Source of the DNA: an uncultured Acidobacteriota bacterium
Lineage (GTDB): Bacteria; Acidobacteriota; Thermoanaerobaculia; Multivoradales; UBA5704
Direction: 5' to 3'
Assembly: GCA_963698025.1 (NCBI GenBank)
Contig: OY969112.1
Location: 1,341,242 to 1,405,241 of the forward strand
DNA: 64,000 bases
Of this stretch, positions 35,179-44,655 are shown in pieces (position 1 is the first letter of the stretch; each line of letters opens with the position of its first letter). The notes under the pieces are model-generated. The model had not been told where the DNA came from, did no database searches, and was given only the letters and a program-made list of their open reading frames with translations. The position numbers and the translations under genes are program-made.

Positions 35179-35226
35179 GGTCCGTGCTACGTCGATATCG
35201 GTCAACGGGACCTGTCTGTCTCCTGA

Positions 35227-36831
35227 CTATCTCGCGGCCGGCACCTGGACCACGGCGAAGAACGGAGTCCGTCCCCCGCGCGCGTCGAACTGCAAGGCGT
35301 AGAACCGCAAGTAGGCTCCCGGTTTGGCATTCTTGATCGCGTCCTCGAAGTCCCCGGCCCCCTTGACCGCGTGGCCGTTGACCTCGGTGATGATGCTGCC
35401 CGGCCGCACGAACTGGTCGTAGAGCGGGCTGGTCGGCGCGACGTTGGTCACGATGACGCCGGTCACGTCCTGCGGGATGCCGTGGCCGCTCCGCAGGCTG
35501 CTGTTGAGATCCTGGTACTGGATGCCCAGCCATTCGACGCCGCTGCTCCCCGGCGGCTTGGGCTCGGCGGTCTCCTCCTCGCCCTGCCCCTGCGGGCGCT
35601 CGCGGAGCTTGACCTGCTTCTGCATCGTCTTGCCGTCGCGCCAGACGTCGAGGGTGACGCTGCCGTTCGGCCCCTTGGCCGAGACGTAGTTGATCAGGTC
35701 GCGGGTCTGCTTGACCTTGTGGCCGTCGACCGAGAGGATGACGTCGCCGTGCTGGATGCCGGCGTCCTTGGCCGGGGCGTTGTTCTCGACCTGCTGGACG
35801 AGAGCGCCGTCGGTGCCGGGGAGGCCCCAGGCCTGGGCCTGCGTGTAGTCGAGGTTGCGGACGCCGAGGCCGAGGTAGCCGCGGCTGACCCGGCCCTTCT
35901 CCCGCAGCTGCGGCAGGATGTCGCGCAGCGTGTTGACCGGCACCGCGAAGCCGATGTTCTCGGCGCCCCAGTTGATGGCGGTGGCGATCGCCACCACCTG
36001 CCCCTGCATGTTGAGCAGCGGGCCGCCCGAGTTGCCGAAATTGATGGCCGCGTCGGTCTGGATGAAGTTCTCGAACGAGGCGTCGCCGCTGATGCCGATC
36101 GAGCGCCCCTTGGCGGAGACGACGCCGGTGGTCACCGTCTTGTCGAGGTTAAGCGGGTTGCCGATGACCATCACCCAGTCGCCGACCCGCAGGGCGTCGC
36201 TGTCGCCCAGGTCGAGGTAGCGCAGGGGGTGGCCGGCGTTGATCTTGAGCAGGGCGATGTCGGTCGCCTTGTCGAACCCCTTGACCTCGGCCGTATAGTC
36301 GCGGTCGCCGAGGTGGACCTTGACCGAGGTGGCGCCCTCGATCACGTGGTTGTTGGTGACCACCAGGCCGTCGGGGCTGATGACGAAGCCGCTGCCGCCC
36401 GCGTCGGAGCGCTGATCGCCGCCGCCCGGGCCGCCCGGACCCTGGAGGGCGCCCGGGTTGTCCTCGTCGTCCGGCTGCTGCTGCTGGGGCTGCTGCTGTT
36501 GCGGCTGCTGCCGACGGTTGCGGGGGCCGAAGAAGAACTCGAACGGATCGGTGCCGCCGCGGCCGCCGCGGCCGCCGGCGGGGGCCTTCTCGATGGTCGC
36601 CGCCTGAATGGAGACGACGGCCGGGTCGACGGCTTCCGCCAGGTCGGCGAAGCTCGGCAGCGTGGCCGTGGCATGCTGCGCCGCGAGCCGGGTCGCCGAG
36701 AGGTTCTGGTCCTGGCTCGCCGCCTGGCCGGGGACCGTCAACTGCAATCCTCCCGCGAGGACCATGCCGAAGACGACCGCTCCCAAGACCAGCAGGAACG
36801 TCGCCAGATTGCGCTTGCGATTCATACTCAT
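35227..36831 (-). CDS. degP: Periplasmic serine endoprotease DegP/HtrA (trypsin domain plus 2 PDZ)
   Basis: The start is chosen at MSMNRKRN with an AAGGAGAAGGGA RBS. It has a signal anchor, the catalytic GNSGGPL motif, two PDZ-like regions and a Gln/Pro-rich linker. Confidence 0.9.
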   Translation of the reverse strand: MSMNRKRNLATFLLVLGAVVFGMVLAGGLQLTVPGQAASQDQNLSATRLAAQHATATLPSFADLAEAVDPAVVSIQAATIEKAPAGGRGGRGGTDPFEFFFGPRNRRQQPQQQQPQQQQPDDEDNPGALQGPGGPGGGDQRSDAGGSGFVISPDGLVVTNNHVIEGATSVKVHLGDRDYTAEVKGFDKATDIALLKINAGHPLRYLDLGDSDALRVGDWVMVIGNPLNLDKTVTTGVVSAKGRSIGISGDASFENFIQTDAAINFGNSGGPLLNMQGQVVAIATAINWGAENIGFAVPVNTLRDILPQLREKGRVSRGYLGLGVRNLDYTQAQAWGLPGTDGALVQQVENNAPAKDAGIQHGDVILSVDGHKVKQTRDLINYVSAKGPNGSVTLDVWRDGKTMQKQVKLRERPQGQGEEETAEPKPPGSSGVEWLGIQYQDLNSSLRSGHGIPQDVTGVIVTNVAPTSPLYDQFVRPGSIITEVNGHAVKGAGDFEDAIKNAKPGAYLRFYALQFDARGGRTPFFAVVQVPAAR

Positions 36832-37116
36832 AAAAGTCCCTTCTCCTTTCGATATCCCTGTCGTAATCACTTCTCGCATTTCCCCATAAGCAAGGGTTCT
36901 GCCAACCAAATTCCCCAGGAAGAGCGCTCCGCCCCCGGGTCCGTTTGCGCCAATTTGGCATCAAAGGTCCAGGAAACCGGGCCGCTTCTTGTCACGTCCG
37001 GGGTGCAGCGCGCTGGCCTTTGCGCCGGAGGCGGAGGGAGGTCTCCGGACAGCGGTATCTCTCCTCGAACTCTGATATGATTTTCCCCGTATACGATACT
37101 CAAGGAGAACTTATCT

Positions 37117-37524
37117 GTGGCAGAGTTGGCAGAATTTCTGCTGGCCCATATTGGGATACCGCTGATCGCCGGGGTGGTTCTGCTGTTCATGGTTGCGGCT
37201 TCCGATCACAAGCCGTTGACTCTGGACAGCTCGAACGACATCGCCCTGGATTTCGTCATCCTGAGCGTGGGAGCAACGGGAGCGATTTTCCTGAACCCAC
37301 GGCTGACGGATCATTGGAAGAGCTTTACGCCGATCTTGGGCATCGTCGTCACCTTGGTAGATCTCTTGCTCGCGAGCATCTTGGTGTATCGTCGCCGCTG
37401 GCGGTCAGGGGCCCTGAGCAAGGGCGACGCCTACCTCGATCTATTTCTGGGTGTTTTGGGCTTGACCGTCACCGTCATGGTCTTCTACGTCGGATACCAG
37501 GGCAGGGCAACCACAGGGGGGTAG
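37117..37524 (+). CDS. Small integral membrane protein (4 predicted TM), unknown function
   Basis: A 135-aa hydrophobic protein in a lower-G+C patch, with AAGGAGAA upstream of a GTG start. Confidence 0.45.
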   Translation: MAELAEFLLAHIGIPLIAGVVLLFMVAASDHKPLTLDSSNDIALDFVILSVGATGAIFLNPRLTDHWKSFTPILGIVVTLVDLLLASILVYRRRWRSGALSKGDAYLDLFLGVLGLTVTVMVFYVGYQGRATTGG

Positions 37525-37528
37525 GGAT

Positions 37529-37669
37529 ATGGCCGAGTTTCTCAAGTTGGCGTTCGGAGCTCTGGCATCTGCCGCGGGCGTTGCCGGGATCCTCTATGGC
37601 CTGATCTCCCGGCTGAGCCGTTCTGGCAAGTGGGAAGAAATCCCTCCTCCCAGGCGTTCTCACGGGTGA
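37529..37669 (+). CDS. Possible 46-aa single-TM peptide with basic C-terminus
   Basis: MAEFLKLAFGALASAAGVAGILYGLISRLSRSGKWEEIPPPRRSHG. It starts 5 nt after the preceding stop, is not in the track (<60 aa), and GGGGGGTAGGGA lies upstream. Confidence 0.3.
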   Translation: MAEFLKLAFGALASAAGVAGILYGLISRLSRSGKWEEIPPPRRSHG

Positions 37670-37746
37670 CGCGGATCGCCCGCTCCCCCGTTCTTCCGAC
37701 CGCCCGGAGGCTCTCCGGAGCCGGCAAGGTGTTGCTCTGTCGCAAC

Positions 37747-37774
37747 TTGACGGACGTGCCCATTCCTCTATAAT
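37747..37774 (+). promoter_or_regulatory. Near-consensus sigma70 promoter upstream of the rimP-nusA-infB operon
   Basis: TTGACG (37747-37752), a 16-nt spacer, then TATAAT (37769-37774). Confidence 0.6.
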
Positions 37775-37814
37775 GGGACGAGCCAGCTTGCCCGGACCGG
37801 CGACGGTCGGTAAG

Positions 37815-37841
37815 AAGTGGGCGTCGAGCCCACTTTTTTTG
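37815..37841 (+). terminator. Intrinsic terminator/attenuator in the rimP-nusA leader
   Basis: agtgggc-gtcga-gcccact followed by T7. It lies ~40 nt downstream of the promoter -10 and ~60 nt upstream of the rimP ATG. Confidence 0.6.
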
Positions 37842-37898
37842 TTGGAGTCGGGCGGAGCAAAGAACTGGGAAAGACCCGAGGAGCCCTAGAACGAACAT

Positions 37899-38384
37899 AT
37901 GGCCGTCACCCCCAGCCGCATCGCGGAAATCACGCCCGAGCTCGAGCAGGTCGCTCAGGCGGCTGGCTGCGAGCTGGTGCACGCCGAGCTCAAGGGGGGT
38001 GTTGTGCGGCTGTTCGTCGACAAGCCCGAGGGGGTGACGCTGGCGGATTGTCAGCTCGTCTCGAAGCAGGTTTCGGCGCTGCTCGACGTGCTGGACTTCG
38101 GCACCGGCCGTTATGTCCTGGAGGTCTCCTCCCCTGGTCTCGACCGGCAGCTCTACCGGCCGCAGGACTACGACCGCTTCGCCGGCCGCCTCGCGCGGGT
38201 CACCTACGAAGACCCCGAGACCGGAAAGAAGAGGACGGACGTGGCGCGCCTCCAGGGGCTGCGCCGCGACGGCGAGGGCGCCGGGGAGGAGCCCCGGGTG
38301 CTGCTGGAGGACGGCAGGACCGGCGAGGTCCGGGAGCTGCCGCTGAAAAACGTGAAGCTGGCGCGGCTGGAAATCGAGCTGTAG
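37899..38384 (+). CDS. rimP: Ribosome maturation factor RimP
   Basis: Its position upstream of nusA and a RimP-like sequence (LEVSSPGLDRQL). Confidence 0.85.
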   Translation: MAVTPSRIAEITPELEQVAQAAGCELVHAELKGGVVRLFVDKPEGVTLADCQLVSKQVSALLDVLDFGTGRYVLEVSSPGLDRQLYRPQDYDRFAGRLARVTYEDPETGKKRTDVARLQGLRRDGEGAGEEPRVLLEDGRTGEVRELPLKNVKLARLEIEL

Positions 38385-38413
38385 CCGCAGAGCAGAGATA
38401 GGAAAAGAAACCA

Positions 38414-39934
38414 ATGCCCCAGGCACAGACTGCTGAGCTGAACTTGAACGAGATCCTGCGCCAGGTCGCGCGGGAGAAGGACATCGACCTGGAGCGGTGG
38501 ATCTCCGCCCTCGAGGACGCCATGGCCTCGGCGGCCAAGAAGCAGCACCGGATCAAGGAGCCGGTGCGCGCCCATCTCGACCGCGAGACCGGCAAGTTCG
38601 ACGCCTTCATCGTCAAGAAGGTGGTGGAGACGGTCGAGGATCCGCTCGCCGAGTGGACGGTCGAAGAGGCGCGCGACCACAAGCCGAACGCCGAGATCGA
38701 CGACGAGATCCACCTGCCGATCTCCACCGACGGGCTCGGCCGCATCGCCGCCCAGAACGCCAAGCAGGTGCTCTACCAGCGCGTCCGCGAGGCCGAGCGC
38801 GAGAACATCTACAACGAATATATCGACCGCGTGGGCGAGATCCTCAACGGCACGGTCAAGCGCTTCGAGCGCGGCGACGTCATCGTCGACCTCGGCCGCA
38901 CCGAGGCGGTCGTCCCCCGCTCCGAGCAGGCGCGCCACGAGCGCTACAGCCAGGGCGAGCGCATCCGCGCCGTGATCGTCGACGTCCACAAGCAGCCCAA
39001 GGGGCCGCAGATCGTCCTCTCGCGCACCGATCCCCGCCTGCTGGTCAAGCTCTTCGAGACCGAGGTGCCGGAGATCTACGACGGCACGGTGGTGATCAAG
39101 AACGCCGTGCGGGCGCCCGGCGAGCGGGCCAAGGTGGCGGTCTACAGCCGCGAGCGCGACGTCGATCCGGTCGGCGCCTGCGTCGGCATGAAGGGATCGC
39201 GCGTGCAGTCGATCATCCGCGAGCTGCGCGGCGAGAAGATCGACATCATCGAGTACAGCGACGACCTGGTGACCTTCGCCCAGAGCGCGCTGGCGCCGGC
39301 CAAGATCACCCGCGTGTCGGTGACCCACCAGGGGGAGGTGCCGCACCTCGACGTGATCGTCGAGGACGAGCAGCTCTCGCTGGCGATCGGCAAGCGCGGC
39401 CAGAACGTGCGCCTCGCCTCGGAGCTGATCGGCTCGCGCATCGACATCAAGAGCGAGAGCGACGTCAAGGACGAGGTGGCCGACGCGCTCGCCCGCATGC
39501 TGCAGACCGCGATGGCGCAGATGCCGGCGCCGCGGCCGGCGGAGCCGGACCTCGCCTCTGCTCCCGGCCTCAACGCCGTGGCGGCCGGGCAGCTCCAGGC
39601 GGCCGGCTTCGGCGATGTCGATTCGCTCGCCGACGCGGAGCCGGAGACCCTGCTGGCGCTGGAGGTCGAGGACTTCGACCGCGAGCGCGCCGAGGCGCTG
39701 ATCGCCTGGGCGAAGGAGCAGCGGGACCAGCAGATGGCGAACCTGGATATCGGTCCCTTCCGCTCTCAGGAGGCGGCCCCGGCGGGCGCCTCGATGGGCG
39801 ATGAGGACTTCATGGCGGCCCTCAGCCGCGCCTTTGCCGAGAGCGAGCAGCAGCGCGCCAGCGCGGCCCAGACTCTCGGCGACGGAGAGGAAGCGACCGA
39901 GGAGGCCGAGGTTCGCTCCGAGGAGAACGAGTAG
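38414..39934 (+). CDS. nusA: Transcription termination/antitermination factor NusA
   Basis: NusA N-terminal, S1 and KH1/KH2 domains (GACVGMKGSRVQSI) plus a C-terminal acidic repeat region. Confidence 0.95.
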   Translation: MPQAQTAELNLNEILRQVAREKDIDLERWISALEDAMASAAKKQHRIKEPVRAHLDRETGKFDAFIVKKVVETVEDPLAEWTVEEARDHKPNAEIDDEIHLPISTDGLGRIAAQNAKQVLYQRVREAERENIYNEYIDRVGEILNGTVKRFERGDVIVDLGRTEAVVPRSEQARHERYSQGERIRAVIVDVHKQPKGPQIVLSRTDPRLLVKLFETEVPEIYDGTVVIKNAVRAPGERAKVAVYSRERDVDPVGACVGMKGSRVQSIIRELRGEKIDIIEYSDDLVTFAQSALAPAKITRVSVTHQGEVPHLDVIVEDEQLSLAIGKRGQNVRLASELIGSRIDIKSESDVKDEVADALARMLQTAMAQMPAPRPAEPDLASAPGLNAVAAGQLQAAGFGDVDSLADAEPETLLALEVEDFDRERAEALIAWAKEQRDQQMANLDIGPFRSQEAAPAGASMGDEDFMAALSRAFAESEQQRASAAQTLGDGEEATEEAEVRSEENE

Positions 39935-39991
39935 CAACAGCCCTCGGGGAAGACGAGCGGGCCCCGGCATTTAGAGGAGTCACGGAAAAAT

Positions 39992-42928
39992 ATGGGAAAG
40001 ATTCGAGTCCAGGACCTGGCGAAGATGATGGGGATCTCCAATCAGGATCTCGTCTTCAAGCTGAAGTCCCTCGGCGTGCGCGTTGAAGGGGATGACGCGC
40101 ACATCGACACTGAAAACCTCCAGGCGTTCCTCCAGGGCAAGAAGCTTCCCCACCCGCGAGAGGTGATCCTGCGCGACGAGCAGGCGCCGACGGCGGCCGA
40201 GGCCGCGCGCCGCCGCATGCCGGCGGCGCCGGCGCCTGCAGCGCCGACCCGCCGTCCGCCCACCAACCCGCTGCGCCCGCAACGGCCGCGCACGCTGATC
40301 CAGAAGGTGGAGCCGCGCATCCAGACGCTGCCGATGTCGGAGCGCCCCGCGCCGGTGGCGGTGCAGGAGCCGTCGCCGGTCCTGGCCGGAGCCGAGGCCG
40401 ACTCGCTCCAGCCCGAGATGATGGCGGCGAACGCCGGCGCTGCCGGCAGCACCGCCGCCGCGGTCGAGGCGCCCCCGGCCCACACCACCGAGGTTCAGGC
40501 GCCCGCGCCGGCCCCGGCGCCCCAGCTCCGCGAGACGCCGGCCCGGCCCAGCAGCCCGCCGCCGGCCTCCGCGCCACGGCCCGGAGCCCCCGGCAGCTAT
40601 CGCCCCGGCGTTCCCAGCGGCTCCGGCGGCGCCCGCCCCGGCTCCCCCGGCTATCGTCCGGGCAGCTCTCCTGGCGGCCCCGGCGCGCGTCCGGGAGGTC
40701 CCGGCGGCCCCGGCGGCCCCGGCGGTTATCGTCCCAGCGGTCCTGGCGGCCCCGGCGCGCGTCCCGGCGGTCCCGGTCCCAACATGCGCCCGAGCAGCCC
40801 CAGTGGCCCCGGCATGCGCTCCGGCCCGGCGCCGACGCGGCCCGGAGGCCCGGCGCCCACCCGCCCCGGCCAGCCCTCCCAGGGGCAGTCGCTGCTCTCG
40901 ACCGAGGAGCAGAAGCGGCGCGCCGCCGAGCGGATGCAGGAGCAGATCGAGCGCGACAAGAGGAAGAAGGGGACCAAGAAGCCCGGCCCGCGCCCCGGGG
41001 GCGAGGAGAACCTGAACAGCTTCAAGGGCACCCTCGAGGATCTCGAGGAGGGGGAGGACGCCGCTTCGATGAGCGGCCGGCGCCGGCGCCGCACCGAGCT
41101 GAGGAAGGACGAGGCGGACGGCGGCAAGGTGCTCACCTTCAAGAAGGACAAGCCGGCGGGCGCGGTGATGATCGGCGAGGGGATGACCCTGCGCGAGTTC
41201 GCCGAGAAGCTCGGCGTGCGCGTGCGGGACCTGATGAACTCGCTGTTCAAGCGCGGCATCATGGCCAACATCAACCAGGTGCTGGACCCCGAGCTGGCGC
41301 AGGCGCTGGCCCGCGAGCTCGGCGTCGAAACCATGATCGTCTCCTTCGAGGAGGAGGTGCAGCTCAAGCAGGAGCTCGCCGGCGGCGCCGAGCAGCAGGA
41401 GGCAACCGGCAAGCGGGTCTCCCGGGGACCGGTGGTCACCATCATGGGCCACGTCGACCACGGCAAGACCTCGCTGCTCGACGCCATCCGGCAGTCGAAG
41501 CTGACCGAGGCCGAGTCGGGCGGCATCACCCAGCACATCGGCGCCTATCACGTCGAGGTCAACGGGCGGCAGATCGTCTTCATCGATACGCCCGGCCACG
41601 AGGCGTTCACCATGATGCGCGCCCGCGGCGCCCGGATCACCGACATCGTGGTCCTGGTGGTTGCGGCCGACGACGGCGTGATGCCGCAGACGATCGAGGC
41701 GATCGACCATGCCCGCGCGGCCAAGGTGCCGATCGTGGTGGCGATCAACAAGGTCGACAAGGCGAACGCCAACCTCGACCGGGTCAAGAAGGAGCTCTCC
41801 GACCGCGGCCTGATGGCCGAGGACTGGGGCGGCGACACGGTGATGGTGCCGATCTCGGCGCTCAAGCGGGAGGGGATTCCCGAGCTGCTCGAGATGATCC
41901 TGCTGACCGCCGACATCCTCGACCTCAAGGCCAACCCGGAGATGCCCGCCCAGGGCGCCGTGATCGAGGCCCGCAAGGAGGTCGGCCGCGGCACCGTGGC
42001 GACCGTGCTGGTGCAGAACGGCACCCTCAAGGTGGGGGACGTCTTCGTCACCGGCTCCGCCTGGGGCAAGGTGCGCTCGATGAGCGACGACCTCGGGCAG
42101 CGGGCGCAGAAGGCCGGCCCCTCGACACCCGTGGAGGTCACCGGCTTCAACGACCTGCCGGACGCCGGCGACATGCTCCAGGTGGTGGAAGACGAGTCGA
42201 AGGCGCGCGGCATCGCCGAGTTCCGGGCCCAGGAGCAGCGCCGCCGGGGGCTCGCCCCCAGCCAGGCTCGGATGTCGCTCGACCAGCTCTTCACCCACAT
42301 TCAGGAGGGGGAGGTCAAGGAGCTTCCCGTCGTCCTCAAGGCGGACGTGCAGGGCTCGGTCGAGGTGCTGCGCGAGGCGCTCTCCAAGGCGAGCACGGAG
42401 AAGGTCAAGGTGCTGGTGCTCCACTCGGGGATCGGCGCGATCTCGACCAACGACGTGCTCCTGGCCTCGGCCTCGAAGGCGATCATCATCGGCTTCAGCG
42501 TCCGGCCCGAGCGCGCCGCCGTCGAGCTCGCCGAGAAGGAGGAGGTGGAGATCCGTCTCCACACCGTGATCTACGAGCTGATCGACGAGCTGCGCAAGGC
42601 GATGACCGGGCTGCTCGACCCCACCTTCCGCGAGGTCTCCTCCGGGCGCGCCGAGGTTCGCGACACCTTCAAGGTGCCGAAGATCGGCACGATCGCCGGC
42701 TGCCACGTGATCGAGGGGGTGATCCCGCGGACCGCCGCGGTGCGCCTGCTGCGCGACAACCGGGTCGTCTACGAAGGGAAGATCGCTTCCCTGCGGCGCT
42801 TCAAGGACGACGCCTCCGAGGTGCGCACCGGCTTCGACTGCGGCATCGGGCTCGAGCGGTTCCAGGACTTCAAGCCGGGCGACGTCATCGAGGCCTACAC
42901 CAGCAAAGAGGTGGCGCCGGTCCTGTAA
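39992..42928 (+). CDS. infB: Translation initiation factor IF-2
   Basis: IF2-N motif IRVQDLAKMMG, a Pro/Gly-rich linker, and the GTPase motifs GHVDHGKTS / DTPGH / NKVD. Confidence 0.95.
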   Translation: MGKIRVQDLAKMMGISNQDLVFKLKSLGVRVEGDDAHIDTENLQAFLQGKKLPHPREVILRDEQAPTAAEAARRRMPAAPAPAAPTRRPPTNPLRPQRPRTLIQKVEPRIQTLPMSERPAPVAVQEPSPVLAGAEADSLQPEMMAANAGAAGSTAAAVEAPPAHTTEVQAPAPAPAPQLRETPARPSSPPPASAPRPGAPGSYRPGVPSGSGGARPGSPGYRPGSSPGGPGARPGGPGGPGGPGGYRPSGPGGPGARPGGPGPNMRPSSPSGPGMRSGPAPTRPGGPAPTRPGQPSQGQSLLSTEEQKRRAAERMQEQIERDKRKKGTKKPGPRPGGEENLNSFKGTLEDLEEGEDAASMSGRRRRRTELRKDEADGGKVLTFKKDKPAGAVMIGEGMTLREFAEKLGVRVRDLMNSLFKRGIMANINQVLDPELAQALARELGVETMIVSFEEEVQLKQELAGGAEQQEATGKRVSRGPVVTIMGHVDHGKTSLLDAIRQSKLTEAESGGITQHIGAYHVEVNGRQIVFIDTPGHEAFTMMRARGARITDIVVLVVAADDGVMPQTIEAIDHARAAKVPIVVAINKVDKANANLDRVKKELSDRGLMAEDWGGDTVMVPISALKREGIPELLEMILLTADILDLKANPEMPAQGAVIEARKEVGRGTVATVLVQNGTLKVGDVFVTGSAWGKVRSMSDDLGQRAQKAGPSTPVEVTGFNDLPDAGDMLQVVEDESKARGIAEFRAQEQRRRGLAPSQARMSLDQLFTHIQEGEVKELPVVLKADVQGSVEVLREALSKASTEKVKVLVLHSGIGAISTNDVLLASASKAIIIGFSVRPERAAVELAEKEEVEIRLHTVIYELIDELRKAMTGLLDPTFREVSSGRAEVRDTFKVPKIGTIAGCHVIEGVIPRTAAVRLLRDNRVVYEGKIASLRRFKDDASEVRTGFDCGIGLERFQDFKPGDVIEAYTSKEVAPVL

Positions 42929-42942
42929 ACAGCGTGGGGAAC

Positions 42943-43002
42943 GCGTAGGGTGCGCGCTGTGCGCACCTTGCCGTCCCCCGGTGCGCACAGCGCACCCTAC
43001 GC
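42943..43002 (+). other. Long GC-rich hairpin between infB and the DUF503 gene
   Basis: gcgtagggtgcgcgctgtgcgcacc ... ggtgcgcacagcgcaccctacgc gives a ~23-bp stem with one 2-nt bulge and a 12-nt loop. There is no U-tract. Confidence 0.6.
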
Positions 43003-43038
43003 GCCTGTCAATAGGAAGACTCCGGAGCGCCTGAGCCG

Positions 43039-43335
43039 ATGATCGTCGGGATTTCCGTTTTCGAGCTGCACCTCCACTCGAGCCGCAGCCTCAAGGACAA
43101 GCGGCGCGTCGTCAAATCGCTGATCGACCGGGTGCATCACCGCTACCGGGTCTCCATCGCCGAAACCGACTTCCACGACCTCCACCAACGGGCGGAGATC
43201 GCGATGGCGGTGGTGACGGCCGGCGGCGAGAGCGAGATGGAGAAGATGATGGAAGAGGTGCGCGACATCGTGGAGAGCGACCCGGAGGTCTATCTGACCC
43301 GCTGGGACCCGCAGATCCTGGAGGGGGAGTCTTGA
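43039..43335 (+). CDS. DUF503 (YlxP-like) protein
   Basis: It has the conserved position between infB and rbfA. The motif SLKDKRRVVKSL is typical of DUF503. Confidence 0.8.
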   Translation: MIVGISVFELHLHSSRSLKDKRRVVKSLIDRVHHRYRVSIAETDFHDLHQRAEIAMAVVTAGGESEMEKMMEEVRDIVESDPEVYLTRWDPQILEGES

Positions 43336-43685
43336 GCCGCCGCACCGATCGCGTCAGCGACCTGCTGCGGGCCGAGCTGTCGGACCTCCTCCTGCGGGAG
43401 GTTCACGATCCGCGGGTGAAACTGGCCTCGGTGACGGCGGTCGACGTGACCTCCGACCTTCACCGGGCCATCGTGAAGATCTCGGTCCTCGGCAACGACG
43501 AGCAGCGGCAGGAGACCATCGAGGGTCTGCGCCATGCCCGGGGGTTCCTGCGCACGGAGCTGGCACGCCGGCTGCGGCTGCGGGTGACCCCGGAGCTGGT
43601 CTTCGAGCTCGACCGTGGAGCCGAGCACAGTCAACGAATCTCGGAACTTCTGGAGGGCCTCCATGGGCGGGATGAAAGCTCCTGA
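43332..43685 (+). CDS. rbfA: Ribosome-binding factor A
   Basis: RbfA-like sequence (RVSDLLRAELSDLL...DPRV...VTAVDVTSDL). Confidence 0.9.
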   Translation: MSRRTDRVSDLLRAELSDLLLREVHDPRVKLASVTAVDVTSDLHRAIVKISVLGNDEQRQETIEGLRHARGFLRTELARRLRLRVTPELVFELDRGAEHSQRISELLEGLHGRDESS

Positions 43686-44655
43686 GGACCTGATGCGGCG
43701 CATCCGGCAGGGCAACCGGTTCCTGCTGACGAGTCATATCAACCCCGACGGCGACGCGATCGGCTCCGAGCTCGGGCTCGCGCGCCTGCTGCGCGGCCTC
43801 GGCAAGGGGGCCGTGGTCTGGAACCGCGACCCGACGCCGACGATCTACCGGCCGCTGCCCGGCAGCGACCGGATTCACGTCGGCGAGGAGCCGCCGGCCG
43901 GCTTCCCCGACGTCTTCGACGCCATTATCGTCCTCGAGTGCCCCAGCCCCGACCGCACCGGGCTCGAGGCTCACCTGGGCGCCAAGCCGATCATCAACAT
44001 CGACCACCACCTGGGCAACCAGTGCTACGGCGTGGTCAACTGGGTGGACTCCGCGGCGCCGGCGGTGGGCGAGATGGTCTTCCGGCTGGCCCAGGGGCTC
44101 AAGCTGGCGCTGGAGCCCGAGGTCGCGAGCTGCCTCTACCTCACCCTGGTGACCGACACCGGCGGCTTCCGCTTCTCGAACGCCACCGCCGCCGCCTTCG
44201 AGGCCGCGGCAGCCCTGGTGCGCGAGGGGGCCCACCCCGAGCAGGTCGCCCAGTGGCTCTATGAGAGCCAGCCGCTCTCGGTGGTGAAGCTGACCGCCGA
44301 GATGCTGCAGACGCTGCAGATCCACGAGGGGGGGCGGGTCGCCACCGGCCTCCTCACCCGCGAGATGTTCGAGCGCGCCGGCGCCGCCCCCGGCGACTCG
44401 GAGGGGCTGATCGACTCCCTGCGCTCGATCGCCGGGGTGGACGCGGTGGCGCTGATCCGCGAGCTCCCCGACGGCGGCCAGGACCATCTGCACAAAATTT
44501 CCCTGCGCAGCCGCGGCGAGGTGGACGTCGAGAAGATCGCCCGCCGCCACGGCGGCGGCGGGCACCGCAACGCGGCCGGCCTGACGATGACGGGCGCGGG
44601 CGAGGAGATCCGCCGCGAGGTGGCGTCGGAATTGGGGGCGGCGCTCGGCTCATGA
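43663..44655 (+). CDS. nrnA: DHH/DHHA1 phosphoesterase (NrnA-like oligoribonuclease/pAp phosphatase)
   Basis: Motifs HINPDGDAIGS, DHH (IDHHLGN) and GGGH. The start is chosen at an internal Met; the track ORF begins at 43615. Confidence 0.8.
   Translation: MGGMKAPEDLMRRIRQGNRFLLTSHINPDGDAIGSELGLARLLRGLGKGAVVWNRDPTPTIYRPLPGSDRIHVGEEPPAGFPDVFDAIIVLECPSPDRTGLEAHLGAKPIINIDHHLGNQCYGVVNWVDSAAPAVGEMVFRLAQGLKLALEPEVASCLYLTLVTDTGGFRFSNATAAAFEAAAALVREGAHPEQVAQWLYESQPLSVVKLTAEMLQTLQIHEGGRVATGLLTREMFERAGAAPGDSEGLIDSLRSIAGVDAVALIRELPDGGQDHLHKISLRSRGEVDVEKIARRHGGGGHRNAAGLTMTGAGEEIRREVASELGAALGS

Noticed and set aside
35099-35226. Searched around the NtrC-type regulator, degP and neighbouring intergenic regions (also 36832-37116) for a sigma54 promoter (TGGCAC-N5-TTGCA).
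   Set aside because: Only weak partial matches were found (e.g. ttggcatcaaaggtcca) with the wrong -12 element or spacing. No call was made.
40180-40900. The Pro/Gly/Ala-rich repetitive region in IF-2 and the Gln/Pro-rich linker in DegP (about 36440-36500).
   Set aside because: Low-complexity linkers of variable length are common in IF-2 N-terminal regions and HtrA proteases of high-G+C bacteria. Nothing suggests a separate element.
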